A stretch of DNA of 48,353 nucleotides from Myxococcota bacterium (GTDB lineage Bacteria; Myxococcota; XYA12-FULL-58-9; JABJBS01): the NCBI GenBank assembly GCA_036339465.1, contig JAYZAY010000095.1, positions 1 to 48,353 of the forward strand, read 5' to 3'. Made by a program: the position numbers and the translations under genes. Below, piece by piece: positions 19,469 through 29,299 of this stretch; the first letter of the stretch is position 1; each line of letters starts with the position of its first letter. The notes beneath the pieces were generated by a model that had not been told where the DNA came from, did not search any database, and saw only the letters and a list, made by a program, of their open reading frames with translations.

Positions 19469-20344
19469 TTAGGGAATGAGCTGAGAGATTCTTGAAACCG
19501 CAATGTCGGTCCCTCCCAAGGACTTAATCTTGGGAATAACTTCAGGAAGAATGGCCCTCGGAACCGCCGCTTTCACCGCAAACCCCGAATTATCCCGTAA
19601 ATGAGACACCGTGGCCCCTCGCATGCAAGGCATTGCATCCACCACCGCATCGAGAAATTCGTTCGCCACATTTACTTCCACCATCACACGGCGGCGGCCC
19701 TCAATCGCCGAACCTAAGAGCATGGCGAATTGGTCGATAAGTGCTCGTTTTTTGGGATTCTCATAAGCCCTCCGGTTGGCAAAAAGTCGGGTTGATGAAC
19801 GCATCACTTCGTGAACAATCGCCAAATTATTTGCCCCCAAAGTAGCGCCGGTGGCCGTATTATCGACGATACAATCTGCATCTTCCGGTGGGAAAACCTC
19901 TGTCGCTCCATAGGAACGAACAAACCGAGCATTGAGCCCCTCCTCAGCAATCCATTTTTCAGTGAGTGTTTGATACTCAGAAGCAATCAACAATTCCTGA
20001 TTGGGCAGGTGGCCATCTACCAAAATATCATGGGGAGCAGCAGCAACAACCCTCACAGGGTCCATGCCCGTATCGAGAATTTCCACCAAATCCACCTGGA
20101 GTTCACAAACCCAGTCGTATCCCGCAAACCCAAGATCTCTTGAGCCCACATCTAACATCTCGACAACGTTTTGTGGTTTTAGGATCTTGACCTCGGTATC
20201 CGGGAAGTTGATGCTTGGTCGATACCCTCGCTCCGTTCCCTTCAATAGGATCCCCGCGTCTTCCATGAGCTTCACGATCCCCTCGTGCATACGCCCCTTT
20301 GGCAAGCCTAGCTTTAAGCTATGTCGATTCTCTCCTATGAACAT
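19469..20344 (-). CDS. hisG: ATP phosphoribosyltransferase, long form
   Basis: LPKGR, DLGFAGYD, YGATE, ADCIVD.TATG.TL..N.L, plus C-terminal regulatory domain. GGAGG RBS 6 nt before ATG 20344. Confidence 0.96.
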   Translation of the reverse strand: MFIGENRHSLKLGLPKGRMHEGIVKLMEDAGILLKGTERGYRPSINFPDTEVKILKPQNVVEMLDVGSRDLGFAGYDWVCELQVDLVEILDTGMDPVRVVAAAPHDILVDGHLPNQELLIASEYQTLTEKWIAEEGLNARFVRSYGATEVFPPEDADCIVDNTATGATLGANNLAIVHEVMRSSTRLFANRRAYENPKKRALIDQFAMLLGSAIEGRRRVMVEVNVANEFLDAVVDAMPCMRGATVSHLRDNSGFAVKAAVPRAILPEVIPKIKSLGGTDIAVSRISQLIP

Positions 20345-20579
20345 CACCATCCTCCAAGTAGGCACATTTCCCAAATGTTTTAGCTACCTTAAATCGACTT
20401 TCTTTGAGATGAAAGAGACCGACTCAAATTTGCTGGCTTTGGGATGAGTGAGTGGTACGCGATAACTCCCCCGAAAAACCGATAGTGTGACGATGAGGTA
20501 GAACGACGCTTGGCCATACGCAAACGATTCAGTTCTCGAAGAAGATTGCCCACCCCTAGGATAAACCCTTCGCAGTTAG

Positions 20580-22196
20580 ATGCCGGCGGAGTATAGAATA
20601 CAAATGACAAGGATGACCCAAAAAACGCTTTCATACGCCCACGTGGCTGCGGGCCATCCGGAAACCTGCAGAGCAGCCTGTGAAGTTTATGAAGCCGGCG
20701 GTAACGCCATCGATGCAACTCTCGCAGCGATGACCACTGCATTTGCCGTCGAGCCCTTGTTAACGAGCCCCTTCGGGGGGGGCATCATGCAATTGCACGA
20801 ACCGGGACAAAGGGTGCCTCAAACACTACCCATGTTTGCCAGCGTACCCTCGAAGACATTTTCTTCCCGCACCGATTTCCACCCCATCACTGTTTCCTTT
20901 GGAGCCGCCGACCAAGAATTTTATTGTGGCAAGGGCTCTGTCGCTGTGTCTCACCTCCTCCAAGGACTCCTAGATATCCATGCAGAAAAAGGGAATTTAT
21001 CACGAAAACAGGCCTTAGAACCCGCAGTAAAAAGAGCAAAAGATGGTCAAATTCTAACGCCGGCTCTCTCAAACATACTTCAAATCCTAACACCCATTCT
21101 CACCATGACCACACAAGGACGCTCCATCTACGCCCCACGGGGTTCCATCTTAAGGACCGGAGATCGACTCCTACTGCCAGAGCTTGAAAAATTCATTCGT
21201 GAACTCCAATCGCCTAAAACCTCGGGAGAAAACCTCCTATACCAACATTTTGCGGCTCCAGACGGTCTCATCGGTGAATCCGATTGCCGGACTCAGAAGT
21301 TGGTGCACCAGCAAAGCTATAGCGTAAAACTCGATGCCTTCGAGATATTCCTTCCTTCCTACCCGTCCATCGGAGGTATTCTCATCACTTTTGGCCTGGA
21401 ACTCCTGCGAAGGCTCCAACAAGAGATCTCAAAGCGACTCTCGATCACCCAATTGCATATTGGCGTCATGGCGACCACTCAATATTTCAGACAAAAAGAG
21501 ATCATTCCCCGATTGAAATTCGACCCCAATTCATTCGAAGAGACGGACCTTTTAGAGACAATAGATTGGGGCTTCTACCTTAACTGGACACACAATTGGC
21601 TCAAAAATCCCCACCCCCTCATGCACGACCCTCCGTCCTTCGGAGAAACCACCCACCTAAGTATTGTGGACTCCAATGACTGGATGGTCTCCATCACTTC
21701 CAGCAATGGAGAGGGCTGCGGCCATATCATCCCCGGCACCTCCCTTTTCGCGAATAATTTCTTGGGAGAGCAAGATCTTCACCCATTTGGGTTTCATCAA
21801 TATCCTCAGAAAACCCGACTCAATACCATGATGTCTCCGTGTCTCGTGTTTAAGGCAGATAAACCCTTTGCAGTCCTCGGCACGGGGGGCAGCAATCGGA
21901 TCCGCACCGTGCTCCTCCAGGTACTCTCAAGAATAATTTACCAAAAAATCGGCCTCACCCAAGCGGTCGAGGCTCCCCGCCTTCATTTTGAAGGTGGTCC
22001 CATTTACTATGAAGCCACCGGTCCTGACTCACCTCTAAGCCCGGAGGATGAAAAGATAATTTGTCATTTTGGCCTAGAAACTGTTCGCTTCGAAAAACCG
22101 AATATGTTTTTTGGTGGCGTCCATGCCACTTCCTCTACCGGTGAAGTCATTGGAGATCCACGCCGTGGCGGGGCTGCAAAGAGTCTATTGCTCTAA
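20580..22196 (+). CDS. ggt: Gamma-glutamyltransferase family protein
   Basis: GGNAIDA, TTHLSIVD (autocleavage Thr), NNFLGE, GTGGSNRIR, APRLH, FFGGVH, GDPRRGG. Start may be 20604 or 20613. Confidence 0.9.
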   Translation: MPAEYRIQMTRMTQKTLSYAHVAAGHPETCRAACEVYEAGGNAIDATLAAMTTAFAVEPLLTSPFGGGIMQLHEPGQRVPQTLPMFASVPSKTFSSRTDFHPITVSFGAADQEFYCGKGSVAVSHLLQGLLDIHAEKGNLSRKQALEPAVKRAKDGQILTPALSNILQILTPILTMTTQGRSIYAPRGSILRTGDRLLLPELEKFIRELQSPKTSGENLLYQHFAAPDGLIGESDCRTQKLVHQQSYSVKLDAFEIFLPSYPSIGGILITFGLELLRRLQQEISKRLSITQLHIGVMATTQYFRQKEIIPRLKFDPNSFEETDLLETIDWGFYLNWTHNWLKNPHPLMHDPPSFGETTHLSIVDSNDWMVSITSSNGEGCGHIIPGTSLFANNFLGEQDLHPFGFHQYPQKTRLNTMMSPCLVFKADKPFAVLGTGGSNRIRTVLLQVLSRIIYQKIGLTQAVEAPRLHFEGGPIYYEATGPDSPLSPEDEKIICHFGLETVRFEKPNMFFGGVHATSSTGEVIGDPRRGGAAKSLLL

Positions 22197-22221
22197 ACCT
22201 TAGACCAGCCTATGGTGCAGC

Positions 22222-22869
22222 ATGACCCAATCTGGACCAGAAGCAAGCTGTGGCGATTGTCTCGCGTTCATTATTGAAAAACGAGAAGACGACGTAACCT
22301 TAGGAAGATGTCAATTTCGTCCCGAACTACGGACGATCCCCGACACTTTTAATATCTGTTCAAAATTTCACATGAGGAAAAGTCGAAGAGGAAAAGTGCA
22401 GGTACCAAAAAAAAGACCTGTCGCTCGCCCCAGGGGCAGCTCTAAAACCAATGACGATGAAAACCCGTGGCCAGAATACGCAACTCTGAAAAATCCAACC
22501 ACAGGCAACACCGAAGGAGAAATTACCGTGGATCGAGATGGACTTAAGCAAGTACTTCGCGAAATATTAGAAGAAGAAACCATGTACGGCTTTGTAGAGC
22601 TGGGAAAAAAATGGCAGGGTGGAACGGTGCTCATGAAGCCCGCCAATTCCGATCTACAACCTAAAGAAATAGCCATCGAAACATTTTTCCACAAAATTGT
22701 CATGGTCCGCGACCGCCTCAGGGTGCTGGAGGCAAAATTGAATGCCAGCAAAGACCTAGACCAAGCATCGAAAATAGAGATGCAGCAATATGTATCCAAA
22801 GCCTATGGCAGTCTCACCACCTTCAATGTCTTATTCCAAGACAAAGAAGACCAATTCACATCAAAATAG
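22222..22869 (+). CDS. Conserved hypothetical protein with N-terminal Cys cluster
   Basis: CGDC...GRC...C..F N-terminus; conserved-looking KEIAIETFFHKIVMVRDRLRVLE...YGSLTTFNVLF C-terminus. Confidence 0.8.
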   Translation: MTQSGPEASCGDCLAFIIEKREDDVTLGRCQFRPELRTIPDTFNICSKFHMRKSRRGKVQVPKKRPVARPRGSSKTNDDENPWPEYATLKNPTTGNTEGEITVDRDGLKQVLREILEEETMYGFVELGKKWQGGTVLMKPANSDLQPKEIAIETFFHKIVMVRDRLRVLEAKLNASKDLDQASKIEMQQYVSKAYGSLTTFNVLFQDKEDQFTSK

Positions 22870-22959
22870 TGTCAAGAAATACATTCAATATTGTTCTTCG
22901 CTGCCGACACAAAAAGGGGGGGGCAACCATAGACCAATGAGACCCCTTCTACTAAGAAC

Positions 22960-23763
22960 CTATCGAAGTGAATGAAGCATAGAATGCCGTGGAACCGATA
23001 TAATATTCCTGCATTGTTGGCAGGCATAATAATCCACTCCGCCAGTCTCCTGTTTCCAAGGAACAAATTGATTGCATGAAGTGCAGCGTTCGGTGCTTCT
23101 GATGTTATGGCCAACAAACTTTTGAAACTGCCTTTGATTCCTAGATACTTGCTCGAATTTTTCCCTATCCTCGATTCGAAAAATTAAGAGCGGCATATCC
23201 ATCAACAATGCACCATAATTAAGAAAAAGACGCCCCAGGCAACCATTCCCACCGATAAACGGAGAAATATTCTCAAATCGAAAATAGAGCGGGGTCATAA
23301 ACTGAACAAAAACTTTGGGTCTTTCGAAGGTAGGTGCAAGCATGCCCTGCAATGACGCATGATTCATGTCTCGGATCCAGGAGTTTAGTGCACCGCGAAC
23401 ATCCTCTGCGGGTAGATAACCATGTTTCGGATCTGAATAGTCAACGTCCTCGCTTCTAAACTTTCCAACGCCACTTGGGTCGCATGCAAAACCATACTCT
23501 TTATGTTCGTTGACAATCTGTTTTTGCCATTTGGGAATATCATCGAGTTCGAGTGGCTGACGCCCTTTGGCAAGTAACTTTAGCTGGGTCAAGACACCCG
23601 CATAGCCAATATTGGGATTCGGTTCACCTAGAGCCTCGTAGGGTATGGTTGGAATATTGCGAAAACGCTGGATTCCCTTACGCGCTCTCACCAAAGGAGA
23701 CTCAAGAAACTTTAGTCGAGTACTCTCCGTCAAAAACTCAAGTTCGCGTTGTGCCAACGACAT
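22960..23763 (-). CDS. Fic/Doc-domain protein with degenerate motif and C-terminal zinc ribbon
   Basis: GKFRSEDV; FENISPFIGGNGCLGRL in place of HPFxxGNGRxxR; CTSC...CQQC. Confidence 0.8.
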   Translation of the reverse strand: MSLAQRELEFLTESTRLKFLESPLVRARKGIQRFRNIPTIPYEALGEPNPNIGYAGVLTQLKLLAKGRQPLELDDIPKWQKQIVNEHKEYGFACDPSGVGKFRSEDVDYSDPKHGYLPAEDVRGALNSWIRDMNHASLQGMLAPTFERPKVFVQFMTPLYFRFENISPFIGGNGCLGRLFLNYGALLMDMPLLIFRIEDREKFEQVSRNQRQFQKFVGHNIRSTERCTSCNQFVPWKQETGGVDYYACQQCRNIISVPRHSMLHSLR

Positions 23764-23822
23764 GTATCACTCTTCCCCTCGCCCATGAGGGTAACAAAAG
23801 CACGGCACTCATATCAATGTAT

Positions 23823-24926
23823 CTAAGATATTAACGTTTCTTCTGCGCGCTTCTGATGGGACCGCGCTAAAATCGATTGGGCGAGATACTGGGTTGGCAG
23901 ATCTAATGCGTTTAACAAATGATTTAGTTGCGACTCTCTGGAAAGACCCTTTAGAGCCTCCCCCAAAAGGCTGTGAACCACAATGACCCCTCCATCAAAG
24001 CGTGCCCAGTCATCCCCAGCATCCCCCCATTGAAATGGGACTTTATCCCACACCAAACCCAGCGCATTCTTCATCAACTCAGGAACATGTTCCAAAACCA
24101 GATCTCGCACGGCTCGAAGAAATTCGGGATGTAAAGGCGCCCCATTCAACGCATTCTCCGCCAACGCGGGAGAATTGAGGTTACAATTGACTACCTCGCC
24201 ATCCGTGGTGAATCTCGCCATTTCCACCACGGGTTCATTTGCAAAGGTCAGAGCTGCAATCATCTCAGTCCCTTGTAAATGTAGTTGGCGGCACCCCTGG
24301 CGCAAAAAACGTCCTGAAGTATAGCTTCTTCCATTCAAATAAACTTTCTCAATCTGCTTACGGCTTTGAACACACACATCCTTTTGGGGCCATCGCCAAT
24401 GAAAGGGGTTGGGTATAAACTCCAGTGATTTTTCCGCCACCACACCGGTAAGAGAATTCTCTTCAACTCCGGACGTAAATGCGAGTAAACAGTCTCCCAT
24501 CTCTGCGTCACAATCGAAAGATTGCATGAGGGTTTCAAATAAATTCGCGGTGGGATAGGGACCGCGATAAACCATGCTATTTTTGTGCGCTTTATGAGCC
24601 TGACTCGCTAAGAAATTCAAAAGAGCACTGCCAACGCCCAAAGGAAGTTTCCCCGGGCAGTCGACGGCCGGAATACTGGCTGGTTTGTGCCAATCAACAG
24701 AGCCGACGTAAGCAAAAACCGCTCTCGTTTCTTCGTCGCAAATTGCCTGGACTTCTCCCAGCAAAGAGTCTGTCTCTTTGTGGCTTAGGTCGAGATAAAT
24801 TGATTCTAGGGAAGGCAATAGAAAAGACAGACCAAGAAGGGATTCGCCGTCATAGGATGCTCTAACCAGAGCAATCCCAGCTTCATTTTCCAAGAGGGTT
24901 TTGAATCTTTTTTTACCTAAATCCAT
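23823..24926 (-). CDS. Hypothetical protein
   Basis: 367-aa ORF with ATG start, co-oriented with its neighbours; possible conserved YRGPYPTANLF segment; no family recognised. Confidence 0.75.
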   Translation of the reverse strand: MDLGKKRFKTLLENEAGIALVRASYDGESLLGLSFLLPSLESIYLDLSHKETDSLLGEVQAICDEETRAVFAYVGSVDWHKPASIPAVDCPGKLPLGVGSALLNFLASQAHKAHKNSMVYRGPYPTANLFETLMQSFDCDAEMGDCLLAFTSGVEENSLTGVVAEKSLEFIPNPFHWRWPQKDVCVQSRKQIEKVYLNGRSYTSGRFLRQGCRQLHLQGTEMIAALTFANEPVVEMARFTTDGEVVNCNLNSPALAENALNGAPLHPEFLRAVRDLVLEHVPELMKNALGLVWDKVPFQWGDAGDDWARFDGGVIVVHSLLGEALKGLSRESQLNHLLNALDLPTQYLAQSILARSHQKRAEETLIS

Positions 24927-25179
24927 CTAACCATCCCTAAAATCCTTCATAACTGGGCAAGTACGAACCCAGCTCCAAAAGGTCAAGAAGTTGTTCGCGC
25001 GTAACCAAGAGACGAAGATTATGTTGTGTAATGTGCACACTGTCGAGACTCTGGACCAGTCCACACACAGTCGACCCGTGGTATCTCTCATGGCAGAAAC
25101 CACCAATAACCGCCTACTCGCTTTGACCGATCAACCAATAGCTCTAATCCACAGCGGCCAAAAATCCTCGGGGCACACA

Positions 25180-25223
25180 GAATCGGCACAGAATCGGCAC
25201 GGAATCGGCACGGAATCGGCACA
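25180..25223. repeat. 4 x 11-bp tandem repeat GAATCGGCAC(A/G)
   Basis: Read directly in the intergenic sequence. Confidence 0.9.
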
Positions 25224-25257
25224 AAAAGTAACGTTTTCCGAACTTTCTTCCTTAAAA

Positions 25258-26235
25258 TCAGGAATTTTTGTAGAGAACAAAGGTCATCGTTTCCATGACG
25301 CGCTCAGCCCAACGCCGCTTATAGGCCATATCCGTACCCAGATCGTAGTAGCTGATTCCCTGCTCCGAAAGTTCTAGAATATGCTGAAGCTGCAGTAGAT
25401 TACCCAGACCAAGTTCATTGTATCCTTGGTGAAAACTGAATTGCAGACCCCGGTAAGTGTCTCCTAAAACCCCCCCTAAGATAAACCCAATATCTTTGCC
25501 CTCCCAAAGAGCGAAGGTGAGCTTCAGTCCATCCGCCTCCAAAAGACGGGGCAACATGACCGAATAAAACGTCCGCATTTCGCCTTGGTCCACACCAACG
25601 CCCCCCAATCCTTTCCAGCTTTCACTCTCAACTCTGAATATTCGGTCCATCATCAATTCCAACTCTCGGACATCGGATGCAACAGCTGGCTCAAATTCGA
25701 TTCCCAGGTCTCTGGCCTTGCGAGCGCAACGCCTTAAAGCTTTCCGAAGATTCCCGCTTCGCCGTGCTAAGAAACCATCCAGCCCTCCTTCCAAAGACGC
25801 CACACATCTGCCCGTCGCTGGTCCTAAACAAACTCGATAACGTCGATGCAACTGGGCTAAAGCCCTTAGAATCGTCTCAGAAACCCTTAATCCAGAGAGA
25901 ATCAAGGCATCCCACCCCGTCTCCTTACCGAGCGCTTCTTCGAGCTCTTCCATGAGTAATCCTGGCTCGGGCCCCACCAGTGGACACCCTAAAAGCCACA
26001 TAGGTTCAAGAGGCTCCAATACGGTCATCCCTGAATTTTGCTCCTGTAGAGCAAACACCAAGGCACCCGTTTCGCCTACATTGCCCCAGAGCGCACGGTC
26101 CGGATTAAACGCCTCGTGGGCTGAAATCTGCCAAAGTCCGGTGGAACAAAAAGGGTCAGTGTGGTCTGACAAAGGCGCAAAAAGGTTTAAGCTCTCTTCG
26201 GCCAAGCTTATTTCCGACGCGCGCTGCCATTGCAT
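25258..26235 (-). CDS. GNAT acetyltransferase, CelD/BcsL (Acetyltransf_6)-like
   Basis: FLARRSGNLRKALRR, SWK, LGLGNLL, YYDLGT..AYKRRWA. Start placed at ATG 26235. Confidence 0.82.
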   Translation of the reverse strand: MQWQRASEISLAEESLNLFAPLSDHTDPFCSTGLWQISAHEAFNPDRALWGNVGETGALVFALQEQNSGMTVLEPLEPMWLLGCPLVGPEPGLLMEELEEALGKETGWDALILSGLRVSETILRALAQLHRRYRVCLGPATGRCVASLEGGLDGFLARRSGNLRKALRRCARKARDLGIEFEPAVASDVRELELMMDRIFRVESESWKGLGGVGVDQGEMRTFYSVMLPRLLEADGLKLTFALWEGKDIGFILGGVLGDTYRGLQFSFHQGYNELGLGNLLQLQHILELSEQGISYYDLGTDMAYKRRWAERVMETMTFVLYKNS

Positions 26236-26378
26236 ATCAAGCCCCTGCCATCTCTTCAGTTTACAGATTCTAAAGTATGAGTGCGAGACTATTTTGTCTC
26301 TGTAAATAATACACTCCGGGTTTTGAACCAAGTCTGCGATCCGCTACGATATGTAAGGTAACGAGAAATGAAAATCCA

Positions 26379-28613
26379 ATGACCCGGAAACTTAAAGTGG
26401 CTCCATGTAGACGGCGCAAACCCAAAAGTGTGAACAGCTTAACTCACCGAGCTTCTCTATGGCTCTTGATTGGTTTTCTATGCTCTTTTTCGAGTCCCGG
26501 TCTTGCCCAAAAGAATCGGGCCATCGTCTTAAACCCGTCCACAGAAATTGCCAATTTTGATAACGCAATCAGTTATCTCCGAGTCATGGACGGCAGCCTC
26601 ACTTTCGAAGGCCTATATTCGGCCTTAGACAAGATTCAATTTAAGAAACTTTCGGAAAAAGTGCCACATTTCGGATATGACTCTAGTGAATTTTGGTTCC
26701 GCACAGAAATCCACAGTCGTTCCAAAGCAACCCATAAATGGTTTCTCGAAATAGGCTATCCCCTCCTGGATCATGTAGAGGTTTTTATTGTGTCCAAGGA
26801 AATCGGCCTTGTCCGACATTTCAAGAGCGGTGGCTCCGTACCCTATGAAAACCGGCCCATCGCTCACCGAAATATTCTATTTCCACTGGTCCTAGACCCC
26901 AATCAAGACTACTCACTATTCTTAAAGGTTCGCTCCCAAGGATCGCTTCAAGTTCCCCTCAAGATATGGAAACCAGAAATACTGCGAAGTCGCGACCAAG
27001 GTAACTTAATCTTTCTAGGTGCCTTCGGTGGGATCCTGCTCTTCCTAATCTTCTACAACCTTTTTCTCTATACCTTCACGCGCAACGTCTCTTATCTCTA
27101 CTACGTCGGAATCGTCGCTTCGCTTCTCTGCTTCCAGTTTTCCTTCAGTGGCATCGGAGCCGCATTCGCATGGCCAAGTTTCCCCAGCCTCAACGGATTC
27201 ATCGTTCCTCTGAGTATTTTTTCTCTATCCGCAACAGCGTGTGCGTTCACAAGAGCATATCTTCATCTGGATGTGTGGACTCCCAGTACAGACAACTTCT
27301 ACAAACACCTTATAAAGATCGCCCTCATAGGTTCAATTTGCGTCTTCCTTGCCAGTAACAACGCCGTCAACAAAGTTGCTTCATTGCTAGGGGGCCTATG
27401 TTCAGCCTCCTTCATTTTCGTAGGGGTCAAGAGTATTCGAGCTAATCGAGTCGGCGCCTGGTGGTACCTAACAGGCGCGCTTTCTTTAGCATCCGGAACG
27501 CTTATCCTGGGCCTCAGTATGCTTGGTACCATCCCACACAGTATCTGGACCCAACGGGGCATCGGCCTCGCAATCCTTGCCCTGGTGGTCATATTAAAAT
27601 TCGCCTTGAGCCACTGGGTTCGACAAATCCAAGAAGACAAAGACAAAATTCAAGAGGAGCGCCTAAAACAATTCGAATGGCGCAGTCGTTGGTACGAAAA
27701 ACACGCAGAAGAAATCGAAAGAAACAAGATTCTGGCAGTAGAAGACCCCCAATCTCAATCCGCAACCAACGACGATGCTAGAGCAAAAATCCTCACTCTA
27801 CAACGATGCCTATTTAATCAAGATCACGACCATCAATGTGAACAAATCGCCCACGAAAAACTGATCTCCTTAGGCCGGCTGATGCTTCCGGTCATGAAAG
27901 ATTTTGGACACCCCTTAGAGCAAATTGGCGCTGCGGCCGAATCCATAGAGGAGGAGTCTCGGGCTCTGGATGAACTTTTGCGCCAGTTCGAAAATCACGG
28001 GGAATCGCTTCATCTCTCACATGGATTACAGCATCTCCGAAGCCAGGTGGAAAAAGTTGATTCAAACCTACAGAAAATTAATTCAACCATAGATTCCTAC
28101 AAATCCTACATAGCAACAAACCCCGATTCTCATGAACCCATAGATCTCAATGCCTTACTTCAAAACGCCATCTCTGTGGTGCACGCAAGACTCAAACCCT
28201 TCAAGGTCGTTCTCACCACCGAAAAGGTCCCACTCATCCACGGTAATCCCGCCAATCTTACATTCACAGTTATTGCCATTCTCGAAAATGCCATTGATGC
28301 CCTGGACTCAGTCCGTAGTCAGCACAAAGACCGCCGAGCGTTCTTCGATGGTGTGATACGACTAAGTGCAGAAATTCATGTGGAAAACCCAAACCATGTT
28401 TCTATCGCCATCGAAGACAATGGCGGGGGTATCGGCGAAGACAAGTTGGAAAGTTGTACCATGGCATATTCTACTACAGAAAGGGAGGGGCATTCAGGAC
28501 AAGGCCTCGCAATCTCTCAAGCTGTGATGGCGGATCACGGCGGCACCATCAACTTGGCACAATCACTCAAGCTAGGTGGCACGAAAGTCGTATTAACTTT
28601 GCCCATCGACTAA
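26379..28613 (+). CDS. 7TM-DISM sensor histidine kinase-like protein with non-canonical H-box
   Basis: DISMED2 (FGY...FWFR, LEIGYPLLDHV), 7TM block (FYNLFLY...YLYY), ENAIDA, EDNGGGI, GQGLAIS, HGG. Confidence 0.88.
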   Translation: MTRKLKVAPCRRRKPKSVNSLTHRASLWLLIGFLCSFSSPGLAQKNRAIVLNPSTEIANFDNAISYLRVMDGSLTFEGLYSALDKIQFKKLSEKVPHFGYDSSEFWFRTEIHSRSKATHKWFLEIGYPLLDHVEVFIVSKEIGLVRHFKSGGSVPYENRPIAHRNILFPLVLDPNQDYSLFLKVRSQGSLQVPLKIWKPEILRSRDQGNLIFLGAFGGILLFLIFYNLFLYTFTRNVSYLYYVGIVASLLCFQFSFSGIGAAFAWPSFPSLNGFIVPLSIFSLSATACAFTRAYLHLDVWTPSTDNFYKHLIKIALIGSICVFLASNNAVNKVASLLGGLCSASFIFVGVKSIRANRVGAWWYLTGALSLASGTLILGLSMLGTIPHSIWTQRGIGLAILALVVILKFALSHWVRQIQEDKDKIQEERLKQFEWRSRWYEKHAEEIERNKILAVEDPQSQSATNDDARAKILTLQRCLFNQDHDHQCEQIAHEKLISLGRLMLPVMKDFGHPLEQIGAAAESIEEESRALDELLRQFENHGESLHLSHGLQHLRSQVEKVDSNLQKINSTIDSYKSYIATNPDSHEPIDLNALLQNAISVVHARLKPFKVVLTTEKVPLIHGNPANLTFTVIAILENAIDALDSVRSQHKDRRAFFDGVIRLSAEIHVENPNHVSIAIEDNGGGIGEDKLESCTMAYSTTEREGHSGQGLAISQAVMADHGGTINLAQSLKLGGTKVVLTLPID

Positions 28614-28926
28614 TTAGCCACAAACACCGAGGCTTTTACCTGGTTGAGTTGCATAGGCCCATTTTGAATCGTTCTCCGTAATTTCTATCACCTTATACCA
28701 GTCTAATGCCCCGCCACCCAAAACCATTCAGATTAGCGATTCAATCTTTTCGGAGCAAGCCTGGTCCAAAAGCAAGCGCCCGCAGTGAAAAGACCATCCA
28801 CAAGGACTGCTTTGCAGCAATACCATTTTCTATTGAGTGTAAGAAAAGTGCAGCGATAAGGGATCCTTCAGTAACACCTTGCCAATGTACTTTGACCCAT
28901 TGCAACCTTATGATAAGTTACAAACC

Positions 28927-29286
28927 ATGTTTAGAGAAGTTATACGCATCATTGCGTTAATCATAACAACAAGTTGTATGCCAACCACTGGCCCTCAAAG
29001 TACCCCACCTGAAGCGGTAAACGAGCAATCTACTGACACGAGTGACAAAATAAACATGAAAATCACCCCTGCAGACACAACCCCATTTAACCCAACTCAT
29101 ACCGTCCAGGATGAGACGCCCTATTACGCAACCAGCCCCCAACAGGGACGGCCTCCCGAGGGCAACCTGGCCAAAGATACCAAGGTCATGGTTAGCGATG
29201 AATCCACCGGTTCTTATGTTTGGATGGAAGCCGAAAACGGACGCAAAGGATGGGTAGCCGCCAGTGCTCTAAAAGCGGATCCATAG
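28927..29286 (+). CDS. Small SH3-domain lipoprotein
   Basis: Signal with lipobox IITTSC; YY..SPQQGRPPEG.L...TKV...G..GWV. Confidence 0.75.
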   Translation: MFREVIRIIALIITTSCMPTTGPQSTPPEAVNEQSTDTSDKINMKITPADTTPFNPTHTVQDETPYYATSPQQGRPPEGNLAKDTKVMVSDESTGSYVWMEAENGRKGWVAASALKADP

Positions 29287-29299
29287 GGTGTAAACTGCC

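Noticed and set aside
20389..20580. His-rich attenuator leader upstream of hisG
   Set aside because: No run of His codons in any minus-strand frame (only scattered His) and no clear terminator.
25180..25223. CRISPR array (also considered for 41516-41545)
   Set aside because: Units are 8-11 bp with no spacers, and there are no cas genes.
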